This document shows positions 19,101 to 25,878 of a DNA stretch of 25,878 nucleotides, one piece after another. The stretch comes from an uncultured cyanobacterium (GTDB lineage: Bacteria; Cyanobacteriota; Cyanobacteriia; CAKZMO01), in the NCBI GenBank assembly GCA_963719515.1, contig CAVRCJ010000021.1, positions 1-25,878 of the forward strand. Reading direction: 5' to 3'. Under the pieces are notes generated by a model, which was given only the letters and a program-made list of their open reading frames with translations, was not told where the DNA came from and did no database searches. Each line of letters starts with the position of its first letter. Positions within the stretch are counted from its first letter, which is position 1. A program made the translations under genes and the position numbers.

Positions 19101-19297
19101 CGATTACCAAGATCGCTCACTCCATGGGGCTCGAAGCGATCGCCGAGCGCGTAGAAAATATCGAGACCCAGCGGAAGCTGCTAGAGCTAAACGTAGACTA
19201 CGTTCAGGGCTACGGCATCGGCAGACCGGCTCCGCTGCCTACTGCCTCTGGGCATAGGGCGTTGGCGCCCTGTGAATCCGCCATCGGCCAGCTGTGA
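16181..19297 (+). CDS. Multi-PAS GGDEF-EAL diguanylate cyclase/phosphodiesterase
   Basis: About four PAS domains, TLQSIGDAVITTD, HDTLTSLKNR, RSAD I-site plus RLGGDEF, YEILLRL, FEITET, LDDFGSGMSSF, IKIDGSFV, AERVE and QGY. Confidence 0.95.
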   Translation: MAKVLLNDDNTDKEAALQQLAEKDRQIRLLRAQLNQEIERCRRIEQNCVQDIQDHTEELEAEIVQRRRVEKQLHHQVTNLEIIFRAFPDAIIFLDSNCCIRKVSSALTKLFGYRPEEILGKSIDVLYHNLDDGLILEDQHFSLFAEETFEPYNIYYQRQDQSTFIGETIGTIVKDSLGHVIGFLGIIRDVTQRQQLMQERDRAQAELACREAQLRQFVKHMPAAIAMFDTQMRHLFHSDRWLKDHDLCGTEITGKHHYDVFPAIADCWKERHRQCLEGRVLECEEEVFFQADGAREWLKWELRPWYQASGEIGGVLALTETVTARKNARLKLEESEARFRAFMNNNLAIAFMKDDTGRYLYVNKPFEKFAGRAATELVGKTGHDWLPPAIARQLSKHDSQVLTSGQASQRLEIMPTADGTLSYWMVCKFPCSNARGAALGGVAFNITEQKQIEQELFREKELAQVTLQSIGDAVITTDAQGKITYLNSAAERLTAWSLREASGLPLSHVFHVVDEVTRVLAQNPVERVLSTGEVAGFSNNVALISRSGTEYSIVDSAAPIKDREGDAVGVVLVFHDVTESRALSQQLVWQASHDTLTSLKNRRYFELELNSVLEQTQRQHVLCYLDLDQFKIVNDTGGHAAGDELLRQIGAMLTQNTRSADVVARLGGDEFGVLLKRCSLENARRVMDLVRQMVKDFRFVWEDNTFSVGVSIGMVEINDTLQNLADALGAADAACYAAKERGRNRLYLYRADDQELTRQRKEQQWISRIQQALDQNQFQLYRQPIAPTALACGDVTTKAVHHYEILLRLVSAEGKIIPPMAFIPAAERYGLMPAIDRWVVEAFFDQIDALQALAACNTGSETATGFYTLNLSGASINDEQFLPFLTDKITRSALSPKLLCFEITETVAVSNLNRARAFIQEIKALGCSFALDDFGSGMSSFGYLKHLAVNYIKIDGSFVRNLLEDNISTSIVEAITKIAHSMGLEAIAERVENIETQRKLLELNVDYVQGYGIGRPAPLPTASGHRALAPCESAIGQL

Positions 19298-19355
19298 GAC
19301 CCTACGCCGGCTGTAGATGACTTTAGGCGATCGCTTTCGATTAGGGATTGGTTGA

Positions 19356-19393
19356 CTGTCGTCCTGTCGCCGCCCTGTCGCCGCCCTGTCGCC
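19356..19393. repeat. Short tandem repeat, 11-bp unit CCTGTCGCCGC, about 2.8 copies plus a partial unit
   Basis: ctgtcgt cctgtcgccgc cctgtcgccgc cctgtcgcc, read directly from the sequence. Confidence 0.7.
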
Positions 19394-19568
19394 CTTTGAC
19401 TGCGCCTGTTGCCAGAGACTAAGGACCGCGAACGCCAGCGGTGGGTTTGCTCACTTGGGAAAAAAGTTTCACCAAACGCTTTGACGGCCAGAATTCCGGG
19501 GCTGAGAGAGCTTGCGCTGCTACCGATGGTCTGATCTGAGCGGACAGAGGACTAGAAGCACCTGTACT

Positions 19569-19955
19569 ATGGATTTTGATGCTTTTACTTCTAACCTGAT
19601 GGCAATCCTAACCGCACCTACAACGCCCCCAGCCACCACCACAGCCGACGAAAACGTACAGACCCCTGATAATATTAATGAGGCCATTCAAACGCTGCAA
19701 AACCTGGCAAACATTCAGCTAAAGTTGCAGAAAGAGCGCAGCGCCATTGAGAATCTAGAGCTGATTCACAATATGCTTGACGGCGAACTGCTCTCCGAAG
19801 ACGAACTCATCGTCGTTAAGCGATCGCTAAAGGGATTGAGCAAATACGCTGAGCTTCACGCCGCTTACAAAGCCGCTCTGGAGGCTGCACAGCAGGCGCG
19901 GGATCTGATCGACCAAATTATTGGGTATTCTGTGTCAGGTAAATCCATCTCATAA
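19569..19955 (+). CDS. Hypothetical soluble helical protein (128 aa)
   Basis: ATG at 19569 (MDFDAF..) is preferred over TTG at 19512. A Thr/Pro linker is followed by amphipathic coiled-coil-like helices. Contains a HIP1 site. Confidence 0.7.
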   Translation: MDFDAFTSNLMAILTAPTTPPATTTADENVQTPDNINEAIQTLQNLANIQLKLQKERSAIENLELIHNMLDGELLSEDELIVVKRSLKGLSKYAELHAAYKAALEAAQQARDLIDQIIGYSVSGKSIS

Positions 19956-20142
19956 AAGTGCACCCCAAAGAGCAGATAGTGCGCTTGGTTAATCCCCTAA
20001 CCTGTAGGCTATCTTGGTCTAACTGGGGTGCTTTGTTCTCAAGGGGTTCACAACAGAATAACTTTACAGGCCTCTATAGGCTAGGTTGTCTAAGAAGATT
20101 TGTCTTTGTCTGTCTACCCGCGTTAGCAAAGTACGTCGAGCC

Positions 20143-21114
20143 ATGACCAAGCTATTAAAACAACTTAGGAAGAACCGCGCCTTTCGGCTGTGCTTAACGG
20201 GAGTGAAGCTCTTCACCCTGTTCCTCTTCGGCATCTGCCTGGTCAGCTTTCTCTCCGCCCTGACCCAGCTCTTCAATATCAGAGATCTATACGTCAAGAA
20301 ACTCATGTTTTGGGGCATGAGTCTCATCTTGGCCGGATTCGCGGTGCTCTGCATCGTCATCCTTGCGATCGCCCTGTACGAGTATATGAAGACCGCAAAG
20401 CAGCGCCGAAAGCAGGACAAAAGCGAGGCTCAAGTCGAAGCCTTTGAGCAGGCCAAAGCTCAAAAGGAAGCCCACGGGGACATAGAGACCCATTATCCAG
20501 GCTACTTGGGGGCGCAAGATACCCTGCATGTGAGCGACATTGCGGGCATTGGCGATATCTATCAGCAGACCTTCGTTGATACCTACACCCGCGTCGCCAT
20601 CATCAAGATCTACGACAGTAAAACAGCGCTACTCGCGGCAGACTTGCTCAACGACCGAGTTCTCCCCTTCTTTCGGGGGCAGGGCGTGCGACTGCTCAAA
20701 ATACTCACGGACTGGGGTCCGGAATACTGCGGTAGTCCTGAGCAGCACGAGTACCAAAGATACTTAGCCATTGAGGCGATCGACCATGCTCAGACCAAGG
20801 TTCCCTCGCCGCCGCAGGGAAATGGGGTCTGCGAGCGCTTCCACCAGGAAATGGTTGCAGAGTTTTATGAAGCGGTCTGTCGCCAAACGAGGTATCAGAG
20901 CCTAAATGAGCTTCAGCGCGGCGCCGATCGTTGGGTAGAGTACTACAACTGGGAGCGATCGCACTCGGGGCGATACTGCTACGGCAAAACGCCAATGCAG
21001 ACGTTTGTAGACAGTCTGCCGTTGGCCAAAGGTGAGTCTCCGGTCGCTCAGACCTCAGACGAGGTGAGCCAGTCTCGAATGCCGTCTTCTAGCGGTTCTT
21101 TTGGCGTCAAGTAA
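20143..21114 (+). CDS. Two-TM membrane anchor fused to IS481-family (ISSod13-like) DDE integrase core; HTH absent
   Basis: TM1 about 20209-20274 and TM2 about 20302-20379. Then EAQVEAFEQAKAQKEAHGDIETHYPGYLGAQD, IYQQTFVDTY, AADLLNDRVLPFF, ILTD, NGVCERFH and YYNWERSHSGRYCYGKTPMQTF, all typical of IS481 transposases. D/D/E codons at 20518, 20710 and 20833. Confidence 0.85.
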   Translation: MTKLLKQLRKNRAFRLCLTGVKLFTLFLFGICLVSFLSALTQLFNIRDLYVKKLMFWGMSLILAGFAVLCIVILAIALYEYMKTAKQRRKQDKSEAQVEAFEQAKAQKEAHGDIETHYPGYLGAQDTLHVSDIAGIGDIYQQTFVDTYTRVAIIKIYDSKTALLAADLLNDRVLPFFRGQGVRLLKILTDWGPEYCGSPEQHEYQRYLAIEAIDHAQTKVPSPPQGNGVCERFHQEMVAEFYEAVCRQTRYQSLNELQRGADRWVEYYNWERSHSGRYCYGKTPMQTFVDSLPLAKGESPVAQTSDEVSQSRMPSSSGSFGVK

Positions 21115-21130
21115 GCCTGTAATGCAGGCT
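21114..21130. terminator. Possible small terminator hairpin between convergent genes
   Basis: agcctg-taatg-caggct immediately after the TAA. No U-tract. Confidence 0.25.
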
Positions 21131-21159
21131 GTGGCCCTGCGACCGGTAATCCAATCAGG

Positions 21160-21939
21160 CTAAAGGCCAGTCCGAGACTGCTGGTACGCCAGGTAAACGG
21201 CCTCTAGAAATTGGTCGGCGCCGTGCTCCCACGGAATTGATGCCATGCTAATGGTGGCTTTCATCTGTTCTGCAAGCTGCGCACTGAACCTGGAGCGGGC
21301 GGCTGCTCCCATATGCGATCGCCGCTCTAAATATTCCTTAACGATGGCAAAGTCGTCCGGCAGCAGCTGGGAGATATTGGCCTCCGTAAGCAGCTGCTGT
21401 GATAGCGCTTGGGCAGAGTCGGACAGCCTGAGGCGTTTGTCCGTGGAGTCCGCCTGAACCACCAGCGTTCCGGCGAGCCAGTCTCCCAGACGCTTCTCCT
21501 GCTTGCTGAACACAATAAATAGAAACCCGATAAACAAAATGTCGTCCACGGGGCGCAGTAGGGCTCGCAGCGTCGCCTGAAATAGCCCTACTGACTGACC
21601 GTTATCGCGAATGACGCGAATGTTGACTCGGCGCTTACCCGGCGTCTGCCCCTGCTTCAGGGTCTCAAAGCCCACAAAATAGCCCACGTACAGCCCGTAA
21701 ATCACTAAAGCCATCACCGCGACCACCCACTGAGGGCCAATCACAGTGCTCCAAGCCGCGCCGTCGAGTTCGAGGGCGTAAAGCAAAAATAGCGTCAGCG
21801 CTGCTAGAGACAGCAGCGACAGATTGAGAATAATGTAGTCTATCAGCAGCGCAAACGCCCGGTTGCCCACCCCCGCTAAAGTCAGCTCTAGCTCGACGCT
21901 TTCTGGCGTTTGAATGCGAACAGTGTTGAAAAGTTGCAT
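21160..21939 (-). CDS. RDD family protein
   Basis: IQTPESVELELTLAGVGNRAFALLID, FETLKQGQTPGKR, RVIRDNG, LRALLRPVD and KRLGDWLAGTLVV. Confidence 0.93.
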   Translation of the reverse strand: MQLFNTVRIQTPESVELELTLAGVGNRAFALLIDYIILNLSLLSLAALTLFLLYALELDGAAWSTVIGPQWVVAVMALVIYGLYVGYFVGFETLKQGQTPGKRRVNIRVIRDNGQSVGLFQATLRALLRPVDDILFIGFLFIVFSKQEKRLGDWLAGTLVVQADSTDKRLRLSDSAQALSQQLLTEANISQLLPDDFAIVKEYLERRSHMGAAARSRFSAQLAEQMKATISMASIPWEHGADQFLEAVYLAYQQSRTGL

Positions 21940-21961
21940 GCTTGTTGTGTGCTAGCCCCAG

Positions 21962-22765
21962 CTAGGCGCGGCGGTTGCGTAGCTCCAGGTCAAGGCCTTC
22001 TTGACGGCTCCGTAGGTCATAGTAGACGACCGCTTTGATGATTTGCCAAAAGGGCATCACCAGGATTGCCCCTGCCAAGCTAAGCACAAGCGAGAGCAAG
22101 TTGGCGATACCGACAAAGCTAGAGTCGGGGGGCAGCAGCAAGATCAAAATACTAGGGAGATAGCCCGTCAAAAGGGCGAGGGGAAACGTCACTAGGAACC
22201 CGATAAAGACAACAATTTGAACACGTCCCACGGACTTTTCGGTTAGCTTCCAGCTTCTCTCGACGCTTTGAGTGCCGTTAATGCCGCTCTCGACAGCCAG
22301 CGGCACTTCAACCACAAACCACCGAGAGAACAGGCGAATTAGCAGGACAACAAAAGCAATGACCATCAGGATAATGGCAATGATAGCCATGGGGGGAAGC
22401 ACTGCCATCAAGAGCGCGCCGACAATCGCGATCAAAAATGCTCCGGCAATGTAGACCAGAACTAGCCGAATTCCCACCTGTAGCCCTGCGCTCAAAAACG
22501 ACCAAAGTTTCGACTTCACTTTGCCCCGCGCTTCAGGTACTGTCTCAGGCTGTTTGGTCAGTTCCCCAAAGGCCAGACGAGACATGAGGCCAGAAATCAT
22601 GGCGTACTTTGCCCACCCATAGACAGGCACGAAGATCCACAGGTAGGCCACCAAGGACAGAGGAAGATAGGTTCCTAAACTGTTGCGGTAGAGCTGCACA
22701 CCTGAGCTGACAACGTTTCCCACGCTTAAAGGACGCAGCGTCTTCGCATTTGAGGGGTTAGCCAT
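21962..22765 (-). CDS. Integral membrane protein (GDPD-membrane-domain/DUF975-like), typical neighbour of RDD/SpoIIM/MoxR clusters
   Basis: LRPLSVGNVVS N-terminus, multiple TM helices, SVERSWKLT, and C-terminal YYDLRSRQEGLDL. Confidence 0.8.
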   Translation of the reverse strand: MANPSNAKTLRPLSVGNVVSSGVQLYRNSLGTYLPLSLVAYLWIFVPVYGWAKYAMISGLMSRLAFGELTKQPETVPEARGKVKSKLWSFLSAGLQVGIRLVLVYIAGAFLIAIVGALLMAVLPPMAIIAIILMVIAFVVLLIRLFSRWFVVEVPLAVESGINGTQSVERSWKLTEKSVGRVQIVVFIGFLVTFPLALLTGYLPSILILLLPPDSSFVGIANLLSLVLSLAGAILVMPFWQIIKAVVYYDLRSRQEGLDLELRNRRA

Positions 22766-22906
22766 GGTGCAATCCTTTGGAAAAACAATCTTGACGTTGT
22801 CAAGCAGTGACGGTTGCAGAGGATGCTGCAGGATCTATCCAGCTAGCTCCAAGTCAAGAGTATCCTAGACTCAGAGAAAAGGCACCCTGCGGGTTCGTCA
22901 AAGTTA

Positions 22907-23898
22907 ATGAATATTCGACGCTGGATTGCTCGTCGAGAAGCGAGCTGGCAACAGTTAAATATACTGCTCTCCCAGGTCGAGAAGCGGGGCTTAAAGTCTC
23001 TCTCCTCTGAGCAGATTCAGCAGCTCGCCAGCCTGTACCGCTCTGCGTCGGCGGACTTGGCCCGCGCCAAAACCCATCCGGTGGGCGATGCCATCACAGG
23101 CGAACTGCAGCGGCTCGTCTCCCGCAGCTACGGCCTAATCTACCAGGGGTCTCGCCGTCAAGACTGGCGGGCGATCGCCCAGTTTTACCGCACAGAGCTG
23201 CCGCAGACGATTCAGCAGTCGCGGGGCTACATTGCCCTAGCCACCCTGCTGTTTTTGGGGGGGCGGGCATCGGCTGGTGGTTCTCCTGGCGAGACCCCGA
23301 ATTCTTGGCGCTGGTGGTGCCCGCCGAGCTGATCAGGATGGTGCGGGATGAAGGGCAGCTGTGGATGGGGTCGATTGTGGGGGTAGAGCCCCTGGCCTCC
23401 AGCGCGATCGCCATCAACAACCTCACCGTATCCCTCTACGCCATCATCGGCGGGGTGACCATGTTCCTGCAAGAGATTCCGGCCATCACGCCGCCGGGGG
23501 CGTTTACGGTCTATTTGATGGCCTACAACGGGCTGTCCATCGGCGCGATTTCGGCGCTGGTGAGCCAGAATAACCTGGCCTATCCCTTCTGGGCCTTTGT
23601 GCTGCCCCATGGCTCCCTAGAGCTGCCCGCTATTTTCTTTGCGGGGGGCGCAGGGCTGCTGCTCGCCAGGGCGATTTTGTTTCCCGGTCGCTACTCCCGC
23701 AGAGACGCCCTCAGGGTCTATGGCACTCAGGCGGCGAAGCTGGTCTATGGCATCGCCCCCATGCTGCTAATCTCTGGGCTGATTGAGGGCTTCTTTTCCC
23801 CCAACCCGGCTATCCCCAACCTCTTGAAGTACGTCGTCGGCGTGGCGCTGTTTTTGCTGCTGGTGGCCTACTGCAGCCGCAGGCCCGCTCACAGCTGA
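22907..23898 (+). CDS. spoIIM: Stage II sporulation protein M (SpoIIM/DUF95) family membrane protein, with one frameshift at G-run 23257-23263
   Basis: MNIRRWIARREASWQQL and LYRSASADLARA in the first part. Adding one G to the G7 run gives LFLGGAGIGWWFSWRDPEFLALV, joining ORF 23305..23898 (INNL, LPHGSLELPAI, IEGFFSP). Confidence 0.88.
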
Positions 23899-25277
23899 TT
23901 TTTAGCTTTGATTTGTAGGTAGCGGTCCAGTAGCTGCTCCGAAATCACGTCGACGGGGGCGTCGAGTACCATCACCCCCTTTTGGCGCAGTTTGGCAAAC
24001 GCCACCTGGCGCTGGTTGAGCAAGTCTAGGGCAACGGCGCGGGTGTAGGCCGCCTGAATGGCGGCGTCTTGGGAGGGGCTGTTTTCGTTAGCGCTTTGAG
24101 CCACCTCATCATCAGCCAGCGCGCTCGCCTGCTGCTGAATATAGGGGTCCTGCAGAGCCACGCACAGGGGCAAATAGCGGGGCCTGAGGCGGGCCAGGGC
24201 AGACAGCAGCTCCACGGAGGCCGTGGCGTCGACAATATCGGTGATCAAGACCACTAGGGCGCGGCGGTGCTGCCGCTTGATCAGCATGGACACGGCGCTC
24301 AGGTAGTCAGACTCTACGAGCGCGGGCTGAATCGGCGTCAGTCGCTCGATGAGCTGGGCGAAATGGGGCTGCCCCCGGTTGGGCGGTATCCAGCTGTGGA
24401 CCTGGCTGTCGAATACCCCGACCCCGACGCGATCGCCTCGCCTTATTCCTGCTAGCGCTAGGGACAGCGTGGCGTTCAGCCCCCAGTCAAAGCGGGACAG
24501 CCCGCCAATCTGAGCAGTCATCAGCCGCCCCCGGTCCAAGAGCACAATTAGGGTTTGCTCCTGTTCAGGCTCCATCACCTTTACCCTCGGCTGGCCCACG
24601 CGGGCCGTGGCCTTCCAGTCAATCAGGCGGGGATCGTCCCCCGTGGCGTAGTCCCGCAGCTCGGCAAACTCCGTGCCCACCCCCATCAGCCGCCGCTGAC
24701 GCATCGTGCCCGACGACTGCAGCGCCAGCCGCACCGACAGCGCCCTTAGCCCGACTAAATCGGGATAAACCGCCACGGTAGCGGGCTGGGGCACCCTCCA
24801 TTGGTGCCAGGCGAGCTTCCAGGGGCCAAGCTGACGCAGGTGAACGCTGCCCCAGGTGAACGCGCCGCGCTGGCTGGGATGCACGCTGTAGGTGAGGTGG
24901 GGCTCGCTGCCGGAGACCCGCAGCGGCATCGCCGTCCCGGCCATTTCGGCTGGGTAGGTGTCGTAAATCTCGACGGTCTTAGGCGCTGGCCCCGCCTTCG
25001 GTGAGGGCTGCACCGCCAGCGTCACAACGTTATCGCGACCCACCGACAAACGCTCTAGGGGCAGACGGGTAACCGACACCCGCCGCCGCCGCGCCTGCAG
25101 CCCGTCCCAAATTGCCAGCGCGATCAGGCCGCCGTCTAAAAGCAGCAGCCCCTGCAGGGCAAAAGACAGCCCCGAGGTTTGGGGCAGGGGGGTAAAGGGA
25201 AGCGCTGCAAAACCGGTGGCGATCGCCCCAATCAAAACGAGGAGGCCGTAAAACCGGGGGCTGGGGACGATGGGCAT
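23889..25277 (-). CDS. DUF58 domain protein (MoxR-associated, vWA-like)
   Basis: VYPDL, GTEFAELRDYATGDDPRLIDWKATAR, LLDRGRLM, GDRVGVGVF and ALVVLITD. Confidence 0.93.
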   Translation of the reverse strand: MPIVPSPRFYGLLVLIGAIATGFAALPFTPLPQTSGLSFALQGLLLLDGGLIALAIWDGLQARRRRVSVTRLPLERLSVGRDNVVTLAVQPSPKAGPAPKTVEIYDTYPAEMAGTAMPLRVSGSEPHLTYSVHPSQRGAFTWGSVHLRQLGPWKLAWHQWRVPQPATVAVYPDLVGLRALSVRLALQSSGTMRQRRLMGVGTEFAELRDYATGDDPRLIDWKATARVGQPRVKVMEPEQEQTLIVLLDRGRLMTAQIGGLSRFDWGLNATLSLALAGIRRGDRVGVGVFDSQVHSWIPPNRGQPHFAQLIERLTPIQPALVESDYLSAVSMLIKRQHRRALVVLITDIVDATASVELLSALARLRPRYLPLCVALQDPYIQQQASALADDEVAQSANENSPSQDAAIQAAYTRAVALDLLNQRQVAFAKLRQKGVMVLDAPVDVISEQLLDRYLQIKAKNQL

Positions 25278-25283
25278 ACGGCG

Positions 25284-25878
25284 TTAGGGGCTGAGCGGGG
25301 CACGGGCACTTGGTCGAGAAGCGCGGTGATCAGCGCGTCGATTTGAATGCCGTCGAGCTGGGCCTCTGGGTTGAGAATCAGGCGGTGCCGCAGCAGGGGC
25401 AGGGCCACCCCGCGCAGGTCGTCCGGGGTGACGTAGCTGCGCTGCCGAGCCAGGCGGTGGCCTGGCCGCCTCAGCCAGGCCACCGCCGGAGCGGGAGATG
25501 AGCCCCCGAAAGCAGGTCTGGATGGCGGCGGTTTTGTGAACTAGGGCCGAAGGTAGTCTATCAGCACCTCCTTGACGGCGATTGCCGCTACAGCCTGCGC
25601 GCCGCGCGCACGGTCTCCACCGTCGCCAGGGCCTTGAGCCGCGATAGGTCTAGGCGGTTGGCCTCAAAGCCCACCTCGGCGTCTCAGTGAATCTGCTTTT
25701 CCCGCCTTTCCTCCGGATAGTCGACCACCAGCTCAACAGAGACCGGTGAGCTCGGCCTCGGCAGGGGGTAGGTGCCTCAGTTTCCAGGGAGTTTTGCGTG
25801 GCGATTACCCGAACAGGTCGGGCAGCGGTTGGCTCTTCGCCGTCTAGGGTCACCCTGCTGCTCTTCCATGGCCTCCAG
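25284..25878 (-). CDS. moxR: MoxR family AAA+ ATPase, C-terminal part (truncated by the window edge, several indels)
   Basis: Fragments in shifting frames: LEAMEEQQ/VTLDG, VIATQNSLE, TYPL, and YVTPDDLRGVALPLLRHRLILNPEAQLDG..VPVPR. The stop at 25284-25286 assumes one missing base in a homopolymer run. Confidence 0.85.

Larger units (their letters stand above)
1..25878. repeat. HIP1 (GCGATCGC) highly iterated palindrome, dispersed
   Basis: More than 30 copies counted by eye, e.g. 151, 517, 838, 1241, 20365 and 20955. HIP1 is a known cyanobacterial genome signature. Confidence 0.95.

Noticed and set aside
19356..19393. Iteron or CRISPR-like array
   Set aside because: Under three contiguous 11-bp units, consistent with simple slippage.
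19958..20146. 62-aa ORF overlapping the start of the 2TM-DDE gene, or a remnant of the transposase HTH
   Set aside because: I see no resemblance to an IS481 N-terminal HTH, the start is GTG, and the composition looks non-coding.
20003..21121. Intact, active IS481 element
   Set aside because: There is no HTH domain, no clean TGT...ACA terminal IR pair and no target duplication. The N-terminus consists of TM helices.
23257..23263. Phase variation or programmed frameshift in spoIIM at G7
   Set aside because: A single-base loss in a homopolymer near a region with many other indels is most simply a sequencing error. It cannot be excluded without reads.
260..25853. Numerous alternative-frame and antisense ORFs of 60-145 aa in the ORF track
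   Set aside because: They overlap well-supported genes and have the R/P/S/A-rich composition expected of shadow frames in GC-rich DNA.

Overview
Cyanobacterial chromosomal DNA, judged from more than 30 HIP1 GCGATCGC octamers counted by eye plus cyanobacteria-specific petRP and cyAbrB genes. From left to right: a TPR gene interrupted by an in-frame TAG plus a short insertion; the petR-petP BlaI/BlaR-type pair; a 203-bp MITE with TIRs and an 8-bp flanking duplication; cyAbrB; a small membrane ORF; a PhoD-like phosphatase; a membrane-anchored helical/Pro-rich protein; a DUF938 methyltransferase; a sulfotransferase; a c-di-GMP signalling block (PAS-GGDEF-EAL, CheB-CheR-PAS fusion, divergent multi-PAS GGDEF-EAL); an orphan helical ORF; a gene fusing two transmembrane helices to an IS481-type DDE integrase core that has lost its HTH; and an RDD / membrane protein / SpoIIM / DUF58 / MoxR cluster, whose frameshifts look like sequencing errors. 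The best novelty candidates are the membrane-tethered, apparently domesticated IS481 DDE protein and the output-less CheBR next to a DGC/PDE carrying a similar EELQ helix. All family assignments come from motif recognition by eye. No database searches were run.
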